A DNA stretch of 32,000 nucleotides, from positions 510,001 to 542,000 of the forward strand of contig NZ_CP124549.1 in the NCBI RefSeq assembly GCF_030253515.1, read 5' to 3'. Within the stretch, counting starts at the first letter, position 1; every line of letters starts with the position of its first letter. A program made the position numbers and the translations under genes. Under the pieces are notes generated by a model, which had not been told where the DNA came from, did no database searches, and saw nothing but the letters and a program-made list of their open reading frames with translations. Shown piece after piece: positions 23,163 to 31,260 of this stretch. The DNA is from Candidatus Nanosynbacter lyticus. Lineage in GTDB: Bacteria > Patescibacteriota > Saccharimonadia > Saccharimonadales > Saccharimonadaceae.

Positions 23163-25297
23163 TACTTATAGTATAGCAGGAAAAAGTACGCCGCTGCACC
23201 GCCGCCAACGCCGATAAGGGCAAAAAGAATGATCAATAGAATCGTCCCGATGCCGGATTTTTTCTTATCAGGCTGGAGCGCCTCCCCGGTGGCTGGCTGG
23301 CTGGCTGCCGCATCAAACATCGGCTCTGGATCTGGTGCGATCTCGTCACCAGCGGTGTATTGCTGAGGAATATCGCCCGGAGTGTGCGGTCGACGTGGCG
23401 TCTCATCATCAGCTATCTCAGCGTCACTCTCGTCCATCGACTCGATCGCCATGAGTTCACTGTCTAGTTCTGATGTATCAGCGACGGACTGCTTGGACGA
23501 AACGTCTACCGAGGAAGCATCTGCGTCGAGCTGCTCCCCGACCTCGCCGGCCTCAATTTCATCAATAGTTGCTTCGAGGCTCGTACGATCAGCGGTGATG
23601 TCAGTATCAGCCACCTCATCATAGTGTTCTGCTACTTCGTCTCCGGCTTCCGCATCCGTCACCAGATGATCATCATCAGCCATCAGCTCATCCATGGTTA
23701 ACCCTTCACTATCAGCTGCCTTAGCCGGAGCGTCCTCTGCCAGTAAGCCTTCCTCGATAAAGGCACTGTCAGTACTGGCCTCAGCCTCACTGGCCATCGA
23801 TTCATAATCAGGTACGTCCTTGGTATTGAGCGACACATTGTCTGACGTCAGACCTTCGGCCACATGCGATGGATCGGGCTGCAGAACGAGGCGTGGTGGT
23901 CGACGCTTAATCTCGCGATCAGCTGCCGATGAGCGAGCAGTGTTATCATCCGCCATCATGTCACTTGACGCGTCCTCAGCATGTTCAGTCATGTTAACGC
24001 CCCGCTGGCCGTCATTACCAGTCCGACCGGAGAGATACGAGCCAGTCGGCTGCAGCGTCACGCCAGTGCGCGGCTGATGAATACCGTGTCCACGCATGAC
24101 AGACGACGGATGCACAACGTCCATAAAGCGACCAGACGGTCGACGCGAAATAGCTGGTGATGGAGCAACGGCCGGCTCGTCATCATGTTTTGTATCTAAA
24201 GAATCATCAGTTGGTTTCGCTGCTGACGTATCGGTCACTTTATCCTGCGGTGCGTCTGAGGCAGCCTGGTCATCCGCCTTTTTAGCTGGTGTTTTGATAT
24301 CTGGAAATACCACGGCTGGTTTAGTCTCTGAGGCGGCGTGCGGAAATCCATTGGCTTCCGTCGACGGTGAAGCCGTCTCCCTGGTGGATGATTCTTGTAG
24401 TGAGGTCGGCGGCTCGCCCTGTGACTCACTGTGTGGCTCGTCATCACTAGACTCCGGGGTTGTTGACCGGGTCGGCGGTTCTGGTATCGAAGTAGGCGAC
24501 GGCGGGACAGGCGACGAGGTTGTCTTGAACGACGGTATCGGCTCGAGCGTCAGCTTCGAGACAGGCTTTGGCGCTGGCTTTGTAACAGAAATCGGGACAG
24601 CAGTCGGCGCCGGTGTTGCTGCAGCCGCTGGCGGCGCACTTGGAGTGTTTGATGAGGCTGATGATTGTGTTGTCTTGGCCGGGGCTGGTGGCTTGCTCGT
24701 ATCGGTACTTGTTGACTCGGATGCGGGTACGGTTGCCATGGCTGAAGTTGGAGATGCAGGCGCAGACACGGGCGTCGACAGCGGTGCTGGCGTCGCTGTC
24801 GGTGCAGTGGTCGGCAACGGAGGCGTTAGCGGCTTGATGGTCAATGGCGGAATCGGCGTTGATGGCGTGGTGGCAGGCGACGGTGGGGCTGACGGAGCAG
24901 GGGCTGCTGGTGCTACCGACGAAGACGGTGACGTAAGTGGCGACGGCGGCGTTGATGTTGGTTCAGACTTCTCAATCGGCTGCGGTGCGGTAGCCACTGG
25001 CGCGCTCGGTGGCGTTGATAATGACACCGCAGGTTGCGGCGCAACTGGCTTGGGTTGAGGGCTTAGCGGCGCGACCGGAGGTGTCGCTGGTTCAGGCTGA
25101 GAAGCGGGGGTGCTAGATTGAACAGATTCAGGCGACGACGCCTTCACCGTATTTTCAGCAGTACTAGCCGCGGGTGCCGTCGACGTCGCCACGTCCGTAT
25201 CAACACCGGCCGCCTGCTGAGCCGCTTCTTTCTCTGCCCGTTTCTGCATCAGTGACGTCACCGCCCGATCAAGTTCGTCAAAATCAATGTCTGACAT
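23162..25297 (-). CDS. Intrinsically disordered, C-terminally tail-anchored protein (P/S/T/A-rich N-half, D/E-rich C-half)
   Basis: 711-aa ORF. SD GGGGGG precedes ATG 25297, which is 8 nt after the tpiA stop. There is no signal peptide. The only hydrophobic segment is the extreme C-terminus, GIGTILLIILFALIGVGGGAAAYFFLLYYK (nt ~23165-23254). It is translationally coupled to pcrA. Confidence 0.75.
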   Translation of the reverse strand: MSDIDFDELDRAVTSLMQKRAEKEAAQQAAGVDTDVATSTAPAASTAENTVKASSPESVQSSTPASQPEPATPPVAPLSPQPKPVAPQPAVSLSTPPSAPVATAPQPIEKSEPTSTPPSPLTSPSSSVAPAAPAPSAPPSPATTPSTPIPPLTIKPLTPPLPTTAPTATPAPLSTPVSAPASPTSAMATVPASESTSTDTSKPPAPAKTTQSSASSNTPSAPPAAAATPAPTAVPISVTKPAPKPVSKLTLEPIPSFKTTSSPVPPSPTSIPEPPTRSTTPESSDDEPHSESQGEPPTSLQESSTRETASPSTEANGFPHAASETKPAVVFPDIKTPAKKADDQAASDAPQDKVTDTSAAKPTDDSLDTKHDDEPAVAPSPAISRRPSGRFMDVVHPSSVMRGHGIHQPRTGVTLQPTGSYLSGRTGNDGQRGVNMTEHAEDASSDMMADDNTARSSAADREIKRRPPRLVLQPDPSHVAEGLTSDNVSLNTKDVPDYESMASEAEASTDSAFIEEGLLAEDAPAKAADSEGLTMDELMADDDHLVTDAEAGDEVAEHYDEVADTDITADRTSLEATIDEIEAGEVGEQLDADASSVDVSSKQSVADTSELDSELMAIESMDESDAEIADDETPRRPHTPGDIPQQYTAGDEIAPDPEPMFDAAASQPATGEALQPDKKKSGIGTILLIILFALIGVGGGAAAYFFLLYYK

Positions 25298-25305
25298 AAG
25301 CCCCC

Positions 25306-26067
25306 CTATTCTTTATGCGCCTTCTTTACTATCTCCGTAAATTGATATGCGTCCAGACTTGCCCCGCCGATCAGCAGTCCATCAAGTCCCGCCACTGCGA
25401 GATAATCACTAGCATTATCAACCGAGACACTGCCGCCATACACCACGCGTACCGCCTCAGCTGCTTCTTTACCAAATAAATGCGTGATTTGCTGGCGAAT
25501 CACCTTGAGCACCTTGGCAAGGTCACTCGGCTGCGCATACTCACCACTACCAATCGCCCATACTGGCTCGTAGGCGATCACCACATGGTCTATCTCCTCG
25601 GCTGTGATATTTGCCAGGCCATTTACAATCTGATCCTGGAGTACCTCGCGCGTTTCGCCTAGCGTCCGCTCGTGCGCCGTTTCACCAATGCAGAGAATCG
25701 GCTGAAGTCGATTACGCAGTGCTGCCTGTACCTTGAAACGAATATCCTTGTCGCTCTCCATAAATATATGTCGCCGCTCGGAGTGACCAATGATGACATA
25801 GTCAACCATACCATGTAGATGCGACGCCGGCACCTCGCCGGTGTATGGACCGTGGTCGCGCCAGTAACAATTCTGGGCGGCGAGCTTGACGATCCGACGC
25901 TTGATTTGCAAGCTCAAACTCTGCAAGGTCAACATTGTTGGCGCCACCACCACCTCGACGTCACGACGCACCGGCAGCTGCTCCATGAGCTTATGTAAAT
26001 ACAAACTGGCCTCATGCATAGTGAGGTTCATCTTCCAGTTGCCGATAATGAGTGTTTTTCGCGTCAT
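25306..26067 (-). CDS. tpiA: Triosephosphate isomerase
   Basis: IIGNWKMN, IIGHSERR, AYEPVWAIGSG, YGGSV. Confidence 0.93.
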   Translation of the reverse strand: MTRKTLIIGNWKMNLTMHEASLYLHKLMEQLPVRRDVEVVVAPTMLTLQSLSLQIKRRIVKLAAQNCYWRDHGPYTGEVPASHLHGMVDYVIIGHSERRHIFMESDKDIRFKVQAALRNRLQPILCIGETAHERTLGETREVLQDQIVNGLANITAEEIDHVVIAYEPVWAIGSGEYAQPSDLAKVLKVIRQQITHLFGKEAAEAVRVVYGGSVSVDNASDYLAVAGLDGLLIGGASLDAYQFTEIVKKAHKE

Positions 26068-26086
26068 AATGCTTATGTTTAGTGTA

Positions 26087-27322
26087 TCATTTTAGTCCGT
26101 GTGCGTCTAGTAAACTTTCCACACCTGGTAATTTTTTGCCGCTCATCAGCTCGAGGCTAGCCCCGCCACCGGTAGAAATATGCGAAAATTGCTTGCCGTC
26201 ATGCCCATCCCACCTAAGGACAAACTCTGCCGTATCGCCGCCGCCAATGATTGAGGTGACGCCGTGGTTTTGTACGATGGCTTCAGCGATCCGAGCCGAC
26301 CCTCGAGCAAACAACGGGTTAGTCGAGTACCCCAGCGGCCCATTCCAAATGACTGTTTTGGCCGAGGCAATCACTGAGGCAAATTGTGCCATCGTCTGAG
26401 CACCAATATCTAGCGCCATCTCATGCTCACCGATCCCATCAACCGACACTTCATGACGATCACCCGATGCTTCTGGTGACAACGCCACCGCTACGTCGCT
26501 AGGTAGCCGCAAGAACTGATCGACCTGTTCATCACCAACCTTCCCGGCAGCACGGTGGTAGATGGCCGCGAGCACTTGCTCTTGATCCGGCTCAACTGTG
26601 CTGTGACCCATCCTGTGGCCGCGGTAGGCGAGGAAGGTATTGGCCATCGCCCCACCAATCAAAATTGTGTCAGCTTTATCAATCAGCCGCTCAATCAGCG
26701 CAATCTTATCAGCAATTTTCACACCGCCAATAATCGCCACTAGTGGCCGCGCTGGACGCGACATCGCTGCGGTTAGCGCAGTATATTCGTGCACCAATAG
26801 GTCACCGGCCAGTCCCGGCACGTATAGTGTAATCGCATGCGTACTGGCGTGAGCTCGATGTACCACCGCAAAACCATCCTGCACAAAATAATCCGGCCGC
26901 ACCGCCCGAGCAATTGCCCTGGCAAACACCATATCATCACGCGACTCCTCGTCATAAAACCGCAGGTTTTCTAGCATCAGCACGTCACCGGCCGCCATAT
27001 GCCGCACTGCTTGACGAAGCTGATCACCGACGCAACTATCAACAAACTGCACCGACCGCCCGAGCAGCTCAGCCAGTCGGCGTGCCACTGGACGCAGACT
27101 ATACGTCGGATCGGCCCCCTTTGGCCGCCCGAGGTGACTCATCAAAACAATCTTGCAACGTTGCTCTAGTAAATAGCGCAGGGTCGGCAAACTAGCGCGA
27201 ATTCGTAAGTCACTGGCAATCCCGCCAGTCGCGCTCAAGGGCACATTATAATCAACCCGCACCAGGACGGTTAGTCCGCGGAGATTAACGTCATGAATTG
27301 TTTGCTTGAAAAATCTGCCCAC
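26087..27322 (-). CDS. pgk: Phosphoglycerate kinase
   Basis: VRVDYNVPL, MSHLGRPKG, NGPLGY, IIGGGDTA, STGGGASLE. GTG start at 27322 preceded by AAGG. Confidence 0.92.
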   Translation of the reverse strand: MGRFFKQTIHDVNLRGLTVLVRVDYNVPLSATGGIASDLRIRASLPTLRYLLEQRCKIVLMSHLGRPKGADPTYSLRPVARRLAELLGRSVQFVDSCVGDQLRQAVRHMAAGDVLMLENLRFYDEESRDDMVFARAIARAVRPDYFVQDGFAVVHRAHASTHAITLYVPGLAGDLLVHEYTALTAAMSRPARPLVAIIGGVKIADKIALIERLIDKADTILIGGAMANTFLAYRGHRMGHSTVEPDQEQVLAAIYHRAAGKVGDEQVDQFLRLPSDVAVALSPEASGDRHEVSVDGIGEHEMALDIGAQTMAQFASVIASAKTVIWNGPLGYSTNPLFARGSARIAEAIVQNHGVTSIIGGGDTAEFVLRWDGHDGKQFSHISTGGGASLELMSGKKLPGVESLLDAHGLK

Positions 27323-27334
27323 CCTTGTCTCGTC

Positions 27335-28759
27335 CTATTCCATTGTCCGGATCTGGATATTGTCAGTCTTGCCCGGCCGGCCCGGCTGATGGCCGCTAAC
27401 CAATACCAGGGTCACTGGATCCTCGCCAAAGTAACCTTCGGCCTTCAATTCCTCTGCTAACTTATTCGCCGAACCCAGACCACTTGGGCGAACGTATGAG
27501 CGCGTAGCGTAGCTTAACGCTAATTTCTGGGCCGTTTTTTGGCTATCGGTGACGCTAATGATCGGCATATTCGGCCGAAAGGCACCGACATTCACCGCGG
27601 TTACACCGGTGCTGGTCTCAGCAATGATTGCTCGCGCTTTAAGTTCAGTAGCTAACCGCGCCGCCGTGTAGCTGAGCAGCGCATCATGCTTGCGACGCTT
27701 TTCACCCGACTCAACTGCCATGACATCACTGTGCTCCTGGGTGTACATAATCGTTCGGCGCATCGCCTGCACTGTTTCAATTGGATACTTACCATTGGCT
27801 GTCTCATCCGACAACATCACCGTATCAGCACCCTGGATGACCGCATTAGCGACATCACTTACCTCAGCGCGAGATGGCTCAGGATTGTCAACCATGCTGC
27901 CCATCATCTGCGTCGCGACGATGCTGAGTTTAGAGTGCTTGCGGCAAAGAGCGATGATACGGCGCTGGATAACTGGTACGATCTCCGCCCCGGCCTCAAC
28001 CGCCAAGTCGCCACGCGCCACCATAATGCCGTCACTCGCCTTGACGATCTCCTCCAGATGCTCATCAGAGATCGCTGACTTGGTCTCGACTTTGGCAATG
28101 ATATACGCATCCGAGCCCAGCGCCGTCAGTCGCGAGCGCAGATCAATAATATCGTCCTCTGTCTGTACAAAACTAAGCGCCACATAATCAAAATCTTGAC
28201 CAGCCGCCCACTCGATATCGGCGATATCTTTTGGCGTCAAGATATCACCACCAAAATCGGTATCTGGCAGATTCAACCCTTTACGACTCATCAAAAATCC
28301 GTCATTCTGCACCTCAACCTTGATGGCCGTTGGACCAGCAATTTCACGAACGATCGACTTGATCTTGCCATCAAACATATATAGCGGCTCGCCAACTTTC
28401 ATTTTTTCAGCGAGGTTATATTGGACAGGTAGATTAAAGCTTCCATCGTGTTCTGCAATCGACGAATCAAGCGTCAGCATATCACCAGCCCGCACCGTCA
28501 GCATGTTGTCTTTGAGAACACCGAGGCGGATTTTTGGACCTTGAAGGTCTTGGAGAATGGCAACTGGTTTACCCTGCTCATGACTGGCCGTGCGAATCCA
28601 GTTAATTTGCTCACGCCGCTCATCATAACTACCGTGGCTGAAATTCAGACGAAAGCCATTGACACCGGCCTGCATAAGTTGACTAATTTTATCCTGACTC
28701 ATCGTTGCCGGACCGACAGTCGCTAGGATCTTGGTACGTTTAAAAATTGTGTTACTCAT
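27335..28759 (-). CDS. pyk: Pyruvate kinase
   Basis: TKILATVGPAT, NFSHG, ILQDLQGPKIR, MVARGDLAVE, ATQMMGSM; 474 aa. Confidence 0.93.
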   Translation of the reverse strand: MSNTIFKRTKILATVGPATMSQDKISQLMQAGVNGFRLNFSHGSYDERREQINWIRTASHEQGKPVAILQDLQGPKIRLGVLKDNMLTVRAGDMLTLDSSIAEHDGSFNLPVQYNLAEKMKVGEPLYMFDGKIKSIVREIAGPTAIKVEVQNDGFLMSRKGLNLPDTDFGGDILTPKDIADIEWAAGQDFDYVALSFVQTEDDIIDLRSRLTALGSDAYIIAKVETKSAISDEHLEEIVKASDGIMVARGDLAVEAGAEIVPVIQRRIIALCRKHSKLSIVATQMMGSMVDNPEPSRAEVSDVANAVIQGADTVMLSDETANGKYPIETVQAMRRTIMYTQEHSDVMAVESGEKRRKHDALLSYTAARLATELKARAIIAETSTGVTAVNVGAFRPNMPIISVTDSQKTAQKLALSYATRSYVRPSGLGSANKLAEELKAEGYFGEDPVTLVLVSGHQPGRPGKTDNIQIRTME

Positions 28760-28766
28760 CCTTTTG

Positions 28767-28775
28767 ATTATAACA
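28767..28775 (-). promoter_or_regulatory. Extended -10 promoter of pyk (leaderless geometry)
   Basis: The minus strand reads TGTTATAAT, then 7 nt (caaaagg), then ATG 28759. Confidence 0.5.
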
Positions 28776-28805
28776 CCGGTTAGGCGCTGAGAAAAGATAT
28801 AATCA

Positions 28806-29522
28806 CTATTCAGAATTCGCTGCCCGATATCGAGCGATTGCTTGGCGGGCGGCTTGCTGTTGAGCCACCTGCTTGGACGGACCCACGCCGCGCCCCATCA
28901 GCGTTTCACCAATGAATACCCCAAGCGTAAATACCTTATCATGATCTGGCCCTTCCTCACTCAAAACTTTATACACCGGCGTCTGACCATCAACACGCTG
29001 AGAAATTTCCTGCAAATACGACTTCGGATCGCGCCAGCTGCCTGATTCCAAAATTCCGTCCAACTTAACGATGATATGTTTATGAATAAAATCGCGCGCA
29101 TCATCAAAGCCGCGCTCCAGGTAAATCGCGCCAATGACTGCCTCAAACGCGTTGGCCAAAATCTGCAAGTGTGCCCGATCCGAACCATTTTTCTCACCCT
29201 TTGACATGCGAATCAGCGGCCCGTAACCCAAAGTATCGCCCGCCGCACCGATACTTTCCGTGCGCACCAACGCCGCCCGCCACGCTGTCAAAATACCTTC
29301 TGGCTCAGAAAAATTCGTAAACAAATATTCCGTGACTGCTAGCTCCAACACCGCATCACCGAGGAATTCCAACCGCTCGTTATGCTCGTGGACTGATTTT
29401 CTGTGTTCATTAACGTAGCTACGATGCGTCAAAGCCGTAATCAACAGATCCAAATTATTAAACTCAAACCCCAACTTCTCACGCGCAAACTCCTGATACG
29501 GCGCCGTATTCATCCCGCTCAT
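28806..29522 (-). CDS. rnc: Ribonuclease III
   Basis: RNase III signature ERLEFLGDAVLEL plus a C-terminal dsRBD (DPKSYLQE...GPSKQVAQQQAA). ATG 29522 abuts the NUDIX stop (TAGATG), with GGAGA 8 nt upstream. Confidence 0.93.
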   Translation of the reverse strand: MSGMNTAPYQEFAREKLGFEFNNLDLLITALTHRSYVNEHRKSVHEHNERLEFLGDAVLELAVTEYLFTNFSEPEGILTAWRAALVRTESIGAAGDTLGYGPLIRMSKGEKNGSDRAHLQILANAFEAVIGAIYLERGFDDARDFIHKHIIVKLDGILESGSWRDPKSYLQEISQRVDGQTPVYKVLSEEGPDHDKVFTLGVFIGETLMGRGVGPSKQVAQQQAARQAIARYRAANSE

Positions 29523-30020
29523 CTATAGATTCTCCTGCCTGATTCGTTTCATAGCGAGCAGAATCAGCTTGCCAATATCCTCATACTCGATCTCATCCAG
29601 CGCCTCATGAAAGGTAAACCACGCCAGGCCATTCATCCAGTCTTCTTTTTGCAGTTTTTCGTCCGGATCAAGCGCCTTCATCAGGTACACTTGCTGCGAA
29701 ATCAGCACTAACTTATCAAGCCGGCGATAGCGAAAATTAATCTTACCCAGCCAGCCACATACCTCGATATTCTTGAGGCCAGCCTCCTCACCAACCTCAC
29801 GCTTGGCGGCGGCCTGTGCCGTCTCACCCGGCTCAACGTGGCCCTTGGGAATTGTCCAGCGATCCCGCGCGTCTTGGTAGAGTAGAAACTCAACATCACC
29901 TTTTTTATTGCGTCGAAACACCACACCACCGGCGGTTGGCTCGCGAACTATTTCTTGGATCGACGGTTTTTTGCGACCGCCAAAATATTTCTTAATATGA
30001 TCAAAGCTGCTTGTCTTCAT
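29523..30020 (-). CDS. NUDIX hydrolase
   Basis: Nudix box GHVEPGETAQAAAKREVGEEAGL. ATG 30020 was chosen because GAGGA (30026-30030) lies 5 nt upstream. It overlaps the nusB 3' end by 20 nt. The ORF-track start at 30062 is rejected. Confidence 0.85.
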   Translation of the reverse strand: MKTSSFDHIKKYFGGRKKPSIQEIVREPTAGGVVFRRNKKGDVEFLLYQDARDRWTIPKGHVEPGETAQAAAKREVGEEAGLKNIEVCGWLGKINFRYRRLDKLVLISQQVYLMKALDPDEKLQKEDWMNGLAWFTFHEALDEIEYEDIGKLILLAMKRIRQENL

Positions 30021-30456
30021 CGGCATCCTCTTGAAGGGAGCGATACGCCGTGCCGAGCACACCGTTCACAAATTTCCCTGAGTTATCCGAACCAAACGTT
30101 TTTGCCAGTTCCACTGCCTCGTTGATAGCCACTTTTGGTGGCACTGCTGCCCGAGAAAACAATAATTCATACAGCCCGAGCCGCAATACCGTCCGGTCAA
30201 TTCGCGATATCTGCTCAATCGGCCATTCTGGCGCCAGCGGACGAAGTTTATCATCAAGCTCTGCTTTATGCGTGGTGACGCCATTGATCAGACCCCGCAC
30301 AAACTCAACATCATCGACTGACGATTTGTATTTCTCAAGATTGCGCGTCAAGATATCGGCGACATTAATCCCGCTGTCGCCTACTTCCTGGCGAAACTCA
30401 ATCTCGTATAAGGTCTGCAACGCGACGATTCGTCCCAAATGACGGTTTGAAGCCAT
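30001..30456 (-). CDS. nusB: Transcription antitermination factor NusB
   Basis: RIVALQTLYEIEF..., ...IDRTVLRLGLYELLF..., INEAVELAKTFG...FVNGVLG. Confidence 0.9.
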   Translation of the reverse strand: MASNRHLGRIVALQTLYEIEFRQEVGDSGINVADILTRNLEKYKSSVDDVEFVRGLINGVTTHKAELDDKLRPLAPEWPIEQISRIDRTVLRLGLYELLFSRAAVPPKVAINEAVELAKTFGSDNSGKFVNGVLGTAYRSLQEDADEDKQL

Positions 30457-30483
30457 GACAAAAACGTTCCTGTTCGTGTTAGT

Positions 30484-30633
30484 TTATTTTGTACTCTTAT
30501 TACCAGTCTCACGTTTGGTCGTCTTGACTTTCACCGGTGACGTCCCGTTGACGCGGCGTGCTAATTTCAGTACCAAGTGGCTGCGACGCAGACCGGTCTT
30601 GCGCGGGCTGCTCTGCTTTTTTGGTTGTGCCAT
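30484..30633 (-). CDS. rpmF: 50S ribosomal protein L32 (49 aa, Cys-less form), absent from the ORF track
   Basis: Manual translation of the minus strand gives MAQPKKQSSPRKTGLRRSHLVLKLARRVNGTSPVKVKTTKRETGNKSTK. The N-terminus fits the L32 signature MAxPKKKxSxxxxxxRRxH. AAGGAGA (30641-30647) lies 7 nt upstream of ATG 30633. The stop is TAA at 30484-30486. Confidence 0.75.
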   Translation of the reverse strand: MAQPKKQSSPRKTGLRRSHLVLKLARRVNGTSPVKVKTTKRETGNKSTK

Positions 30634-30677
30634 AGAAAAATCTCCTTTATTTCAGTTTATCGTAACACTTGGGCTTC

Positions 30678-30706
30678 ATTATACCGGTTTTTGATAGATT
30701 TCTCAA
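30678..30706 (-). promoter_or_regulatory. Sigma70-type promoter of rpmF-nusB-NUDIX-rnc
   Basis: Minus strand: TTGAGA (30706-30701), 17-nt spacer, TATAAT (30683-30678), with a ~38-nt leader carrying the rpmF SD. Confidence 0.6.
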
Positions 30707-30734
30707 GGGGATGCAAGGTGGTGATAGTGAGTTA

Positions 30735-30763
30735 TTGACTTTATTAAGTGTTTATGATATTAT
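30735..30763 (+). promoter_or_regulatory. Sigma70-type promoter of the 30805-31260 gene
   Basis: TTGACT (30735-30740), 17-nt spacer, TATTAT (30758-30763). It is divergent from the rpmF promoter. Confidence 0.55.
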
Positions 30764-30804
30764 TAAAGACATCCTACCCAACCACTAAGCAAGGATATTT
30801 TACG

Positions 30805-31260
30805 ATGAGCAATTTATTACACAACTGGATCGCTGAGACAACTCCAAAAACACCAGAGCAGGGGCGCGGCACATTAGCTAAAGTGGGCGCTGCGGCCGTA
30901 GGCGTGACAATGGTTACATTTGGGTGTAACCTTACCACTCAGCACTTAGGTAATGCCGAGAAGGAATCAATGGATCATGTTGCCGATACCGCAACCCTTA
31001 TCGTGGAAGGCGGCGCCCAAATACGCGATACCGGCGGAGTTACCGATGATAACCTTTTAGCAACTTTTACGTCAACGGGGAAACTAGAAGTCGCTGTGAC
31101 TGATGGCGTCTGGCGTAATGACAACCCGAATAGTGGACCGTGGATTTGCATAACCGAAAGCACTGCTGGCCAAGCCATGCCCGGAATAGGGCTAGATTCC
31201 AACAACAAAGACAACCTCGTATGTATTAACAGCCAAGAAGCTTCCCTACTTAGTACTTAG
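30805..31260 (+). CDS. Small hypothetical exported/membrane-anchored protein
   Basis: ATG 30805 is preceded by AAGGA (~10 nt upstream). The ORF-track GTG at 30748 lies inside the promoter and is rejected. 151 aa with hydrophobic segment LAKVGAAAVGVTMVTFGC (a lipobox-like FGC, non-canonical), followed by a G/T/D/N-rich domain. Convergent with leuS, with a 14-nt gap. Confidence 0.6.
   Translation: MSNLLHNWIAETTPKTPEQGRGTLAKVGAAAVGVTMVTFGCNLTTQHLGNAEKESMDHVADTATLIVEGGAQIRDTGGVTDDNLLATFTSTGKLEVAVTDGVWRNDNPNSGPWICITESTAGQAMPGIGLDSNNKDNLVCINSQEASLLST

Noticed and set aside
24096-25058. 320-aa plus-strand ORF (G/A/V/D-rich)
   Set aside because: It is the mirror image of the P/S/T/A-rich codons of the 711-aa minus-strand gene. 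It has no promoter or SD and is a compositional artefact.
23162-25297. Tandem nucleotide repeats or a CRISPR-like periodicity in the P/S/T-rich gene
   Set aside because: I found only compositional bias (recurring CCn/GCn/ACn/TCn codons). There is no fixed-period repeat unit or spacer structure.
27690-28187. Plus-strand ORFs of 130-165 aa inside pyk, and the similar ORF 3737-4345 inside ftsA
   Set aside because: They are antisense shadows of genes with unambiguous signatures. No independent start signals are present.
151-30062. Long 5' extensions of ORF-track ORFs (151-675, 5924-7861, 10892-12211, 15610-17157, 29523-30062, 30748-31260)
   Set aside because: The extensions overlap upstream genes or promoters, begin at GTG/TTG, and add non-homologous residues. 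Internal ATGs with SDs, stop/start overlaps or -10 boxes at the right distance give family-typical N-termini.
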